Below, piece after piece: positions 13,240 to 25,800 of a stretch of 55,027 nucleotides of DNA. The stretch lies in assembly GCA_964234715.1 (NCBI GenBank), contig OZ174280.1; one strand, 5' to 3'. The translations under genes and the position numbers were made by a program. The DNA is from Podarcis melisellensis. Taxonomy: Eukaryota. Numbering within the stretch: the first letter of the stretch is position 1; each line of letters starts with the position of its first letter. The notes below the pieces were generated by a model. It had not been told where the DNA came from. It worked only from the letters and a program-made list of their open reading frames with translations, and did not search any database.

Positions 13240-13930
13240 CAGTTCACAAATTTCATTGAGCATATGTGTAAATATTTCCAGCACACTATTGCTAATATTG
13301 ATGAAACTGAACAGCAAGAAAAAATTGCTCTATTGAATGTAGAGTACAAAACTATCAGAAGAAGTCAGAGACTATGAAAAAACCAATGATGGCACAGCAC
13401 CTTTAGACAAAATTTATCCAAGAGACAAATTTAGGGTAAATTCATTTATTCCTGTCATAGATGCTCTTAAAGCCAACTTAGACAGAAAAGCAACAGGTTG
13501 TAGGAGTCCAGCTGGCAATTTTTCATTTTTGGTGAACCTGCTATCAACAGATTTGCAATGGTGGCAACATGTTAATACAAGAATATCCAAAGAATGTTGA
13601 CCTTAGTCTGCTCAGTGAACTCTTGCACTCCCAACCGTATGTCAAACAAGCTCTCCCAGAAAATGAAAATTTTACCTACCAAGATATATGTATCAAATAA
13701 TATTCCAGTAGAAAATTTGGACAGGTTTTCCAAATGCAGAAACAATTTTCAGATTGTTCCTGTGTTTAATGGTTACAAACTCTACTGGCGAAATATCGTT
13801 TTCTAAACTAAAGAAGGATAAAGTATTATCTGTCAACAATGTCCCAAGATCACTTGTCTGATCTAAGAATTCTCTGCAATGAAAATTATAAACTGTGACT
13901 TACCAGTTTTAATGATATAATGGAAAAAAG
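13240..13930 (+). pseudogene. Fossil hAT transposase C-terminus including the hATC dimerisation domain
   Basis: PRDKFRVNSFIPVIDALKANLDRK near 13418; FPNAETIFRLFLCLMVTNSTGEISFSKLK from 13727; then STMSQDHLSDLRILCNE after a frameshift. Confidence 0.8.
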
Positions 13931-14440
13931 ATCTTGTTCTGACTTTGTATGTAGTTCCTCAAAATATTTTGCTTCAGTTGCCATTTTGTTCCTACCTCTA
14001 CCCTTTACATGATACTGAGAATGCTTGCCTTATGCGGCAGTCAGGTCCCATTGACCTGAAGGGACTGAACTGCTTTATGCACAACGCTTTTTAATGACTC
14101 AGCTAAAAGTAACTAAATTTCTCAATGAAATTTAGGCTTTTTCCTGGCTATTAACAAAAAGTTCCCAGTGCTCAAACCAACTGACTGTCAAGATGGGACC
14201 ACCCTTCAATGGTGCTGTAATCACATCTTGTTGAATTAACTCTTGATCCACTTCTGCCAGCAAGTCATGCAGAAGTTGAGTTACGTTAAGCGATGTAAAA
14301 AAAGATAAAAAGATAACAATGTAAAAAAGTAAATTAAGTAGTCCAGTTGGCTGTGATGTTATCGCCTCCCCTTCCTCTCCGGAGGACAGGCTGAGTCACT
14401 GAAGATGTTCATGGTGAGAAGATGGTTGGTGAGAAGATGA

Positions 14441-14690
14441 GAGCCAGTGTGGTGTAGTGGTTAAGAGCGATAAACTCGCAATCTGGGTAACCGGGTTCGC
14501 GTCTCAGCTCCTCCACCTGCAGCTGCTGGGTGACCTTGGGCCAGTCACACTTCTTTGAAGTCTCTCAGCCCCACTCACCTCACAGAGTGTTTGTTGTGGG
14601 GGAGGAAGGGAAAGGAGAATGTTAGCCACTTTGAGACTCCTTAGGGTAGTGATAAAGCGGGATATCACATCCAAACTCCTCCTCCTCCTC
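14441..14690 (+). mobile_element. tRNA-derived SINE, Squam3-like
   Basis: Head GAGCCAGTGTGGTGTAGTGGTTAAGAGC (box A), GGGTTCGCGTC (box B-like), GTGACCTTGGGCCAGTCAC core, and (CCT)n tail. Family name is from recall. Confidence 0.8.
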
Positions 14691-15734
14691 TCCTTTTCAT
14701 TTTTGAGATGATGTCCAGGTGGAGGAAGAACCAGATCTGCACACCTCCTCTCTGTCCATCTGAATCTTTTTTTCCTGGGCTTTATAGAAAGAGAAGGGGA
14801 GAGAAGCAGTGCTAGGGCCTGTTTAGCATTTTGCTTTGGGAGAGATGAAGCACAGAGGTCAATCCATATGCTGCTGCATTTATTTTGCTGCCTGTTCTTG
14901 CTCTGAAATTGGTTGTGGTGTCAACTCCTCTCTTCTTTGGAGCGAAGGACAAGTCAGGGCAGCTGCACTTCATGCCAGGAGATACTTGCAAGGCAAGCAA
15001 CCAGTTAGGATGGTTGCTACCCATTTTATTTATTTATTTGGAGGGTGTTGGGAGCACCAGGGCTGTCCATCTCTTTATTTTGTCCATGGAAGGGCTTTAG
15101 GAGGGGGAAAAGAGGATAGGAGAAGGTATGCTTTCTGTGGGCTTTTTGAAAAAGAGGGGAGGGAGAAGAAGCACTGGAGCACATTCAGCTCTTGTTTCCT
15201 TTGCTGACCTTGTGGAGCAGGCAGTGGGCAACTGATCTGACCACGGGAGGGAAATGCAGGGCTGGAAGTGATGGAACAAGCACAGGGATCAGCCGTTGGT
15301 TGCTGTATTTGCTCTGCTCCATGCTGGTCATATCAAACAACTACCTGAGAAACTTTTTATAATGTGTGTGTTAGAATGGAGGGGGTGGAGGAAAGAAGCC
15401 TAGGGACTGCTGTGTTTGCTTTGCTGCCTGCCAGCTGTGCAGAGCAAGTAGCAGCCAGCTACTTGAGGGACTTTTAAAAAGGTAGCAGTGGGGGAAGAAG
15501 CAACTGCTTGAGATTGACATCTGCTGAACATTAACGGGTGCGGGTGTGTGTGTTATGATAACCTTTTCTTGTTCCTGCTGCCTGCCCTGTAGCAGGAATT
15601 GTTCCAAAGTTGTAGTGGGCATTGCAGAGGCATCATTATCATCCTGATCTGTTCCCTGATGCTTGCCACCAGCAAGGTCTAGGGATTGCAGCACAAAGGC
15701 ACAAACACCATTGATACCATCAATGTTACTATTA

Positions 15735-15976
15735 CAATGGTACCTCGAGTTAAGAACTTAATTCGTTCTGGAGGTCTGTTCTTAACCTGAAACTGTTCTT
15801 AACCTGAAGCACCACTTTGGCTAATGGGGCCTCCCTCTTCCGCTGTGCCACCGCTGCATGATTTCTGTTCTCATCCTAAAGCAAAGTTCTTAACCTGAGG
15901 TACTATTTCTGGGTTAGCAGAGTGTGTAACCTGAAGTGTCTGTAACCTGAAGCATCTGTAACCCGAGGTACCACTG
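15735..15976. mobile_element. Tc1/mariner (Tigger-like) MITE, copy 1
   Basis: TIRs CA(A)TGGTACCTCG / CGAGGTACCACTG; TA on both flanks. Confidence 0.85.
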
Positions 15977-16967
15977 TATTACTCATCATTATTAGTACGA
16001 TTTCATATTGCTGTCCCTTTCCTTTTTCTGTTTTTATTGAAGGTGGCAGCTATTTTGTGCTAGGCCACTGTTTCTTTTGCAGTCTGTGTACTAAGAAGGT
16101 GTGAGCTGAGGCCTGCAGTACAGTGTGCATGCTTCTGCGGCTTCTTCTCTTGTTCTTTTTTAATATCTTTCACTCCAAATAAAACTTTATTGACCTCTTC
16201 CAAGGTGCCTCGTGAGCAAAGCTTGGCTATAAACCTCTCTGCATTAAGTGCTGCCAAAGTCCCAGTTGTGAGGATTTCCTACCACTCTGTGCAAGTTTCT
16301 AAATGCCATGGGATGCGACACTAAGCAAGCAAGCATTTATGCACACATGAGGGAAACACAGAGGTGTGTTATAGCATTGTGTGCATTGCACACAAATTAT
16401 AACCATATACTGCGCTAGGCAGGTCTAGATTTTCTTTTTTAAAAGCGCTGCCCCCCCATCATATGTTTTAAAAAGCCACTGGCACAGCAACCAAGTCTAC
16501 TAATAAGTAAGTCCTATAGAATTAAATGGGAATGTGGGATTAGGAGTGAGAATCCGAGCGGCTTACAATATGCAAAGTTCTCCCAATCAATCTGTTTATT
16601 TAGTTCTCAGACTTGCATTCATGGCAATTATTTTTATTTTTTGCTCTGAACCTTAACTAATCGAGGAAGCAGCGTTTGGTTGTTGAATGAGGAATGCCTT
16701 TCATTGTTTTTGTGTGTTGACTCTTCATTTTTTGTTTTGTTGTGAGTCCGGGTGTCCAAAGATGGAAATGGACTGGATCTCTGATAGGCCCTAGTCCCAG
16801 CTTCTGTCCTCGTTCTCACAGCAAGCAATATTAGTCAAATAATCCACCATTCCTGGCTATCTGCTGTGTATTCTCTTTGTGTCCCTTAATACCAGTGTAG
16901 ATTTATGTTTTTATGTTTAAAAGCTTGGCGACTACCAATGAAGGAATAAGTAATATGGAACACAGTA

Positions 16968-17175
16968 CAGTGGTACCTCAGTTTAAGAACTTAATTTGTT
17001 CTGGAGGTCCGTTCTTAACCTGAAACTGTTCTTAACCTGAGGTACCACTTTAGCTAATGGGGCCTCCCGCTGCCGCCGTAGCACGATTTCTGTTCTCATC
17101 CTGAAGCAAAGTTCTTAACCCGAGGTAATATTTCTGGGTTAGCGGAGTCTGTAACCTGAACCCAAGGGACCACTG
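16968..17175. mobile_element. Tc1/mariner (Tigger-like) MITE, copy 2
   Basis: CAGTGGTACCTC ... GGACCACTG; TA TSD; highly similar to copy 1 and in the same orientation. Confidence 0.85.
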
Positions 17176-17479
17176 TACTGTATGTCTTACTTTGTCCCTA
17201 CAGTCACCTCAGGGGCAGCTTTTTAGGGGAAATGGAACTCTTGTTTATGTGGTGGACCTATAGTGGACATTTGTCCTCCGTGCGAAATTTCTAAGAAACA
17301 AAATGGCCAGGTCCCCCAAGAATAGTACCAAACTGCTAATGTCCTTTCCCCCCTTACGCTCCTAAGTATTGTGCAATTTAACTTCCTATTATGTGTACTT
17401 AATTTATGCTCTGGAAAACGACAACAACTTTTTTGAAAGCTTAGTGCTGCTCTCCACCGAATACAACTTGGGCTGCTGT

Positions 17480-18660
17480 CACGAGCGTATAGTGCCCAAG
17501 TGGCGGGAAAGGCCAGAGGCGTTGGGTGGCGCTGAAACCGCGCAAGTGTTGGCGGCAGGTGCCGGGAGGTGGCCAAAGCCGTCCTTGGAGACGCCGAGCA
17601 AGGTTCCCACGACCAGCACCAACGGCTGAAGGAGCGCGTTATAAGTCCTGGTAGCGAGAGACTCGGGCGCCACGTGACGCTGGCCCCAGCCTCTGGCCAG
17701 CCGGCGCTTCCCGCGTCCCCAGTAGGGAGTGCTAGTAGCCGCACAGGTAGCGAGCGAGAAGCTGCAGCATTTTCCCGCCCGCTGCTTGTCCTCACCAGCG
17801 CTGCGCGCCCGCCAGCCTCAAGGCTCCTCTGCAGACGGCGCCGACGCCGAGCTGACCGGCTGGCTGGCATAAAGGCCGAAGGGGGCTGGGGGGGGGGAGG
17901 CGGGGAGAGGGAGAGGGAGCTATGGTTCCACTGCCAGCCGGGTGAAGAGCGTGGGGCTTGAGGGGAAAGGGCGCGCGCCTCACAGGAGCGGGAGCAGTTT
18001 CTCCTTCTTCCTTCCCCCTTCTCTCTTCCCCCCTGCGTGAAAAGAGCGGCCGAGATTCCAGCTGGTCGCCACAGCAAAGGTACGTGTTTTCCTTTTCTCC
18101 TTCTTCTGCCTGGCTAGTTCTGGCCGAGGGTCTTTTGGCACTGGCTGCGTTGGGGAGCGCAAGCGTCAGTGGGTGCCTTGGTGCGCCACACCGCTATAAC
18201 CACCGCAGCTCGCAGGAGCTTTAATCGTTGTTATTATTATTAGTATTATTAGCATTGGTATTAATATGGTGTTACTATTTTGGTCGGGTAGGGCTACTTT
18301 CAGTTAACTTTGGGTGGCTCCTAGGTGCTTGGGACGGCAGGTTGGCCAGAGAGTAAGTCTCGTTGAAGCCAGGGAGGGCTTACTTCGGAGTAAACATGGC
18401 CAGGACTGCACTGCATAAAGGGTGCTGCAGGAAGGACCTGCTGAAGTTTGCGCAGAGAGGGGAAAGCGAAGAGCGTGTGAGGTGTTGCGACTGGCTGGGA
18501 GGCGATTTGCCAGGCGATAAAGGCAGGCTTGTGTTTGCGCTGCCGCGGACCAGACTGCGCATCCGCGTCAGTCTTCTTGTCCTCATCGTCTGACAAATGG
18601 GACGTGCAACAGTTTTAGCGGAACCACCGAGGACAGGAGGAACTCGCTCGGAGTTGACAT
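17480..18660 (+). promoter_or_regulatory. LEPR: CpG island, probable LEPR promoter and first non-coding exon (donor AAG|GTACGT at 18079/18080)
   Basis: Only large CpG-rich non-repeat region, ~16 kb upstream of the ATG exon. Contains E2F-type sites (17502-17510, 17771-17779), CACGTGAC (17671-17678), a G-rich tract and a strong splice donor. TSS cannot be determined. Confidence 0.7.
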
Positions 18661-20547
18661 TTACAGCTGCAAGTTGTAATCATTGTAGAGTTTCCTAGGT
18701 TATGTTTCAGATCTCTTCAGTCTATGTCAGTGAAGCTCCTTTTGTCCTTTGGAAAAAGAGAGGCAAAGATGCTTTCAGCTCCTTGGTAGTTTGGCCACCT
18801 TAAACGAGCTATTTGTCTTGTTCTCTCAAAAGTTTTCACGACAAGGACTGCAAACTAAAACAAAAAGCCTGGAAAAATAAATAAATCGAAGAGAAGCTTG
18901 TAATGAGCGCTGGTAAGGTTTTCCTTTGCAAATCTCACCAGAGCTGTAACCTACAACTCTCTTAGTGATCTGCTACCAGTGGCATTTTTGCACATCATAG
19001 TTCCTGTAATGCAGTTGGAAGACTCAACATCTACCACATTTTGATCCTAGCCTTCCTCCAAGGAACTCCTGGTGGCCTAGGCAGGGGTTATCCCATTTTT
19101 ATCATCACAACAAGCTACCAAGGTAGGTTGGTGTATGCGATGCCATACCCTAGGCCACTGCTGCAACTTTGATCATGGCTGTGCAGGGATTTGCATTCAT
19201 GAGTTGCTGCTCCAAGTCCAAATTCTAAAAAGCTTTTGGTACAATGTACTGTTGATTTCAGATTGCCAATTTGGGTCAGAGTGACAGTGTTCTGGTGTGG
19301 GTGACAGAGAGAGAAACAAAGCCACAAGTGCTGGTTCCTATATCATGGTAAACCAAGGCTCATGGTTTGTTCCTCCTGGCTCCAGGGAGGGAGGAACAAA
19401 GTTAGGAGCAATTCAGCAGTGTGCCACTAGCATGCTGCTCATTCACAGCAGGTCATGGCTTATGGCTTACCACAATGTGTCAATGTGTATTTACATCAGT
19501 TGGAATTGGTTCCAGAAATAGGTTTTAAAATGGTGGGAAATGTTAGATTTTGTACAGCCAAAATCTGCTGGTTGATACTAATAAAAGTCTTGCCCAGCTG
19601 TGGGGTTTCCCCCCTTTCATTTTCTTATGTACTAACATGGACCCTTTGCACACACATACACACGCGCACACATGCGCGGCAGTTCTATTGATTTGAAACA
19701 CATTCCTAACTTATCTATTCTTTTGCTTGAAATTACACAAGCAATGTGTTGTTGGCATTAACTTTGTAACAGTCATGTAAAGATGCAGTAGCTATTAAAA
19801 GATAGCATAATTAAGGGTTATGCAATGGGACTGTTTAGGACTTAAGTGTTTTCATTGGCACTTGTTTTGTTTCCTAGTGTAATAACGTTCCATTCATTTT
19901 CAAACCTTGTGGGATTCGCACGACACAGAACAGGGTGAAGAGTCATTTTATTGAGACCTTTGGTTGTTTGCTTAATAAATACAATTTTAAATTATTTTGA
20001 AATATTAGCTGTTCTAATATTTTGGAGAGCAGATGCAAACTGCTCCATGGCTTGTGTTTAGGTGTACGTAATGAAAGAGAGAGAGGGGGAACTCTTCATG
20101 TGGCTATCTGAAATTATTATTTATTATCTACATAGATGAGATCTAAGCAGCTTCCTAGAGTTTCTGCTCACCCAGTGGATTTAAAAAACCCATTTTCATA
20201 GGATAGCTGACCCCTATGCCACATCACAAACTGCTTTTGAAAGTCCTACTACAAAGCAAGCCCATATAGATTTACTCAGAATTTGCACTGTGTCCAGAAC
20301 AGCTTACTCACAGTGTGCATAAAATTATGAGAGGTGCTGCTTGAAAAAAAAAAAAAGCTTCAAAGACTGGCTCCATTTGTTTCACATTTTTTTTGGATCC
20401 TGACTGCAGCGCCTACAAGTACAATTAAGACTAGACAAGATTTCTTCCTGTACCAAATCTGTATAGCAGAGAGTTAATTTGTAAACATTTGAGAGAAAAT
20501 ATTTAATAAAAGTAGGTTAAAAAGTAGGAAGCATTAACAAATAACAA

Positions 20548-20829
20548 TAGGGTTGCCATATTTTGAAGAGCAAAAAAAGAGAATGCCATGATGACTCTAA
20601 TTTTAAATACCCCAAATATATGCAGGCTATAGAAGCTGTGATATATTGCTGGGGGTGGGGCAGGAGAAGAGAAGAGGAAAGCAAGTCTTCAGGCACTAGT
20701 TATGTCTATGTCTCATCCAGAAAGTATAGTCAGAGACATTTTGGCAAATTTTAAAAATCTGCCCAGACAGAAATTTTACCCCTGAAAAAGAGGACCTGTC
20801 CTGGAAAAAGAGGACACATGGCAACCCTA
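20548..20829. mobile_element. hAT-type MITE
   Basis: Perfect 12-bp TIRs TAGGGTTGCCAT / ATGGCAACCCTA; 8-bp flanks match 6/8 (AATAACAA / AACAATAA). Confidence 0.8.
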
Positions 20830-21274
20830 AACAATAACAAATACCAGCAAATAGTGAATTCCAGATATTTGAAAGTTATGAGGGGTAGAAGTCCTGCACG
20901 GCGTGGGGAAGAATGTGTGACAGAGGCACGGGCGCATGCATTCTACCCCTAATTTGCCCTGTGCCGTGCTGAAAAGGAAGTATTTAAATAACCACGTTGG
21001 AAATATCTGCATGGTTCTAAGAATGTTCAGCTGAACACAGTTATAAGTCTCCTTCAGACATTTATGGGGAATGCTTGCCCATGAGACATGGTGGCTTTCA
21101 TCACACATTCACTTTGAATGCCTTGAGACCACAGCAAATAGGGCAAGAACTGACCTTGCATCAAACTAAGAGACATTGACCATAGTACCACATAACTACT
21201 TCTGCACAGCTAAGGAAGCTTTGGGCTATGTCCCCTGCCCCCTGACAACATAATCCTGTGTCACATGGTGAACT

Positions 21275-21514
21275 ACGTTCGAAAATGAGGGGAGTTTGAA
21301 AAGTAGGGCCTTCTCGGTAGTAGCGCCTGCCCTGTGGAACGCCCTCCCATCAGATGTCAAGGAAATAAGCAGCTATCTTTTTTTAAAAGACATCTGAAGG
21401 AAGCTCTGTTTAGGGAAGTTTTTAATATTTAATGCTGTATGGTTTTTAACACTCGATTGGGAGCTGCCCAGAGTGGCTGGGGAAACTCAGCCAGATGAGC
21501 GGGGTATAAATAAA
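21275..21514 (+). mobile_element. L2 LINE 3' end
   Basis: RAFSVVAPALWNALP motif; tail GAGCTGCCCAGAGTGGCTGGGG...TATAAATAAA matches the reverse complement of 4810-4990. Confidence 0.85.
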
Positions 21515-21641
21515 TCTTGCCTTGAATTAAGAGAATGAGGTTTAGTGTAGAGATCAATCAAATAAAAATAAAAATAAAAATTGTGTTCTGCAGGAATTTT
21601 AATACAGAACTTTCAATTTTTTATTTAAGTTTATTTTGTAT

Positions 21642-22848
21642 AAGCTTCACAAGATGATGATATCCTTCAACGATAACAAATGCAGCGCCGAGCAGTATGA
21701 CAGCGTGAAACAGGGCTTGCCCCAACTCTTTTTGGCAAATTCTTCTCCCCAGTGCTCTCATACACCTTCAGCTCAACTGAAAATGGTGTCGCCTTACATT
21801 CGAGGAGCGACAAGGGTCTGTTCGGCCTGGTATGGTCTCTGCACCAAGACAAAAGTGCAGTGGATCCTTATCCAAGAGATGTTGTTTCCAGATAAGGCAG
21901 CCTTGACAGCACACTCTGTGGAAGCTCTGTGGTCATTTGTCCAAGCCTGCAAGGAGTTTGGCCTTTCCGACAGCCTGATGAAGACCAACTTCCTGGATGT
22001 TGCCAGCACTCCAAGCATCAGCAGTGATGACTACATGCTTGAGGTGGTAGACGATTTTGTCTACCTGGGTTCCACCATAACCAGCAACCTCCTCATTGAT
22101 GCTGAGCTGAACACATGTATTTATTGGCAAGGCAGCTACAGCAATGGCTCGCCTCTCCAAAAGGGTATGGGGAAATGTCCAATACCAAGCTGGAGATGTA
22201 CCAGGCTTGTGTATTGTGTATCCTTTACAGAAGTGAGTCATGGGCAACTTACAACCACTGGGAACAATGCCCCAATGCCTTCCACATGCACTGCGTCAGG
22301 AAGATTTTGGGCATCACATTGCAGGACAGAATCTCAAAGAAAGATGTTCTCTCTGAAGCCCATATTCTTAGCATGCTCACATTCTTGTCTCAGGGACAGC
22401 TACATTGGCTTGGTCATGTCCACCAAATAAAAGATGGTAGGATCAGGTTCCCCAAGGATGTGCTCTACAGGGAACAGGCTTCAGGCACCAGGCCCTTTGA
22501 AAGACTAACTCTGTGTTACAAAGATGTCTGCAAATGTGACATGAAGGCTGGCAATATCAGTCTTGTGTGGGAAATCCTTTGCAGATGATTGCAGTGCCTG
22601 GAGACAGACAGTCAAGTCGCACATCTGTAGCAGTGACCAGAGAAGGAATGACTATTGGGAGGAGTGCAGAGAGAAGAAACACCCTGGTGCATCTGCAGCA
22701 GCACAACTGGATGTCTTCATCTGCCCCAGTTGCAGTAAAACATGCCTCTCTACAGCTACATCAGGCGCTGTAACTCCCCAGTAGTTTGACTTCACCCCTA
22801 AAGGCGCACTCTTCCATTGTCTTCCAAGACAGATGGATGCCAACCACA
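21642..22848 (+). mobile_element. RTE-clade LINE (non-BovB), 5'-truncated and frameshifted
   Basis: VKQG..PTLF, IQEMLFPDKAAL (from LFADDAAL), LEVVDDFVYLGSTI, WLGHV, PKDVLY, and a C-terminal FICPSCSKTC zinc-finger remnant. Confidence 0.88.
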
Positions 22849-25800
22849 AGCCGTAAAGTAATGTCCACAATTGCAAATAACAATTATGATTTAAAATTCT
22901 ATGTAAAACAAATTTACTTTCAGTATAATATTGGCATCATGTTAAAAATTATCACTAAGGTCCACAATGAAGACAATTATGTATGTCAAGAAAACTTTGA
23001 TTACCTTTTGTCTGCAATCAATTGCTTCTCAGTCTTTTGACTAAGATCAAGTGTAGTGTAGTGTGTTGTGTTTAATGTAAATGCAACTTAATGGTGGTGG
23101 TAGACTGACATAGTGAAGTTGTGGGTTTTTTGTATTTTGTGTATTCTCTGCTTAGTGCCAGAAGATACTTCTTAAGGAAGCAAATGACCTGAAAGTGAGG
23201 AGCTTTTTCATAGTTGTCAGACCAATTCTAGAAGCTTGCCAAAATGGAACGTTTATATGCTCCATCAACTTCTTCCCTGTAGACAGTTGGAAAACTGAAA
23301 TGTCTATACAGAAAATAAATATTCAGCCAGCAGTACCTTCTTAATCTGTAGAGTTTTATAAGTGTTTTGTTTTGCAGGGTGGGGGTGGGGGAGTGACCTT
23401 GTCCTTTCTGTATTGTCTTTTTGTGTCTACAAAACCTACTCAGTTAAAAATATTTATGTCTAAATGTGATATGCAGCCTGTTCCTCTGTGAGTCACTGTC
23501 TTTGTTTGAAGGCATTATGATATGTGATGATCTATTAAATATATATGAAGTGCTTCTACTAGTGCAAAGATTTCTGCTTGCACAATGGAACTTCCCCTCT
23601 TTCTCCCTATGCACCTCCTGTCCCCGCACGCTCTCAAAATCTGCTCCGGAGGGTTGAGGGAAACCCTAGAACAAATTGGGGTTGCAGGAAGAGGAGAAGG
23701 AGGGGAAGTTTTATTGCACAGCCTTGTGTTGTCAGAACTACTTCATTGGGTATGGCCCATAGTATCAAAATAACCCGTGGTGAGACTTAATATGCTGATT
23801 ATTTATACATGTATTCATGATGGCTTCACTGAAATAATTGATTCAAATCAGGATTTGAATCACTAGGAATGAAAAAAAGCAGTTTGAATAAGTTATTTGA
23901 AGAATCAAATCTCTCTTTTTGTAATCTGTGTTATTTCCTGACAAGCTTGCATAGTAATTTTTTGCCATAAAGACTTAAACATATTGCAGCACAAGCCTGG
24001 ATTTGCCGCCAAGCAACGAACTTGGTTTAAGACTGATTTTTGTTTGTTAGGGAGAAATAAATCACAACCCTGGGTTTGCTAATCCTGGGTTCGTTAATCT
24101 ATTTGCTTCTCAAAGAGGGATGAGCAAAGCAGAAGTGATCAGGATACATGCACCAGAACACAACTCACAGTTTCGTTTCTTAAGCTTACTGTTACATGCA
24201 AACATGACCATGTAGAATCCAAATCATTCCACACCTGTTGCACCCAAAAAGCTATGAGCATGAACTGTGGATTGGAAAATACCTCAGAACTAGGATTGCA
24301 AATCAGGATCAAACAATGATTTCTCCTACTAGTTTGGAGGAGTTATACAAACCACAGTTTTCTGGTTTGTCACCCAGTGGTAAACCACATTTTACACAAA
24401 AGTGGAAATAATGGATTAAAACATAGCATGCAGGTGGAAGAGGAAGTGCTGAAGTTTTCTCTCAGCCTGCCAACCCTGAGCATAGAGCCTGTTGATGCCA
24501 AGCCACGTTTGGATGTTAAATGTGAACCAACCCTCCAAATTACCTTAGCATGGGGTGCTTCCAGTCTGTTGCTAATTTGTGGATGGGATTAAAGTGCATA
24601 TCAGTAAGTTCAAGTTGTACATTTAAAGTGGATATGGTCCTCTTGCGCAATGAAGCTACTTCAGAGAGGGGGAAAATACAAGTCTTTTTTGTCACAAGTG
24701 ATGGGGAAATGCACTGTAAAATGTGGAATAACAATGGTTTGACCTGATGTTGCGTAACATCCCCACAAGCAAATAAGAACGAATGATCAATGTAATCAAT
24801 GGACATCATGTAATCTTTTACAAACTTTGTGGAAACCAGTTGGGATGAATGCACACCTCATCTGGAAGCAACCATGGAAGTTTCATGGACTACTTATGTA
24901 ACATGAAAATAGTTGTTTCTTGGTAAGTGTGTGGCAACTCTGTAATCATGTATGTGTGACAAACCTGTGAATCGATTACTCCAATTCCAGGGATGTGGCT
25001 CCCTTGTTTCACAGCTTACAGAATTTCTCTATCTACCTTAGTCTATTCAAGGTTGGCCTGCTATTGGTGTTGGATAATACTTATTGATAGAAGTGTAAGA
25101 TTGCTATGCTGAAAACTAGGGAGTAATTCCTGCTGAAAACAATGGGATATACTTCTGAGTAAACACGTATAGCATTTTGCTGTATGTTACTCCTTCACTT
25201 TTAGTGGCGCAACCCCAAGGTATCTTGAATGTATATTTGCTTTGTTTGTATTATTATTATTTTAACTTGTATGCTACTTTTCCTCCTAAACGTGGCACAA
25301 CAGCAAAAATACATACCACTACATGCTTACAATAAATACTAATACCCTGCAGCAGATGATTTTTAACAAGCCCCACTCTTGCTCTCATATTCTTGTGCAG
25401 TTCTTAAAGCAACAGAATGGGGAACTCGGTGTTCTGCTGAGCATGTAGAGAATAATTGGGGAAATTACATAGCTTTCTAAAGTTAAGGGTGCAGTCATCC
25501 ATACTTATCTTGAGTGAGTCCCATTTAATATTGTGGGATTTGTTTCCAGGGGGGAAAGGATCAAGCTACAAGCAGAAGTCTTGCTTTGTTTTTAAGGCCT
25601 TTACTTCTTTCAGAACACTTTTTGTAATATACAGCCACATTTCAAATTAAGAAAAAGCTAATTATATGGAGGACCCAATTTTTAGGAGTGTGGAGTGACT
25701 TCTAGCTCTCAAAGAAATTAATAGGAGATCCATGTAGTTAGTTATGAAAATCAGAACACATAGCCATATGCACTATATCCATATGCATTATTAGTAGGAT

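Noticed and set aside
14441-14520. tRNA gene
   Set aside because: The tRNA-like head continues into a SINE body and tail; the same applies to 3890-3970.
17223-18077. 284-aa antisense ORF and overlapping ORFs in the CpG island
   Set aside because: Low-complexity, no recognisable domain; expected from stop-codon scarcity in GC-rich DNA.
18779-18830. Weak similarity to LEPROT exon 2 after TTTCAG
   Set aside because: Patchy identity and no LGCAL or donor; cannot be distinguished from chance by eye.
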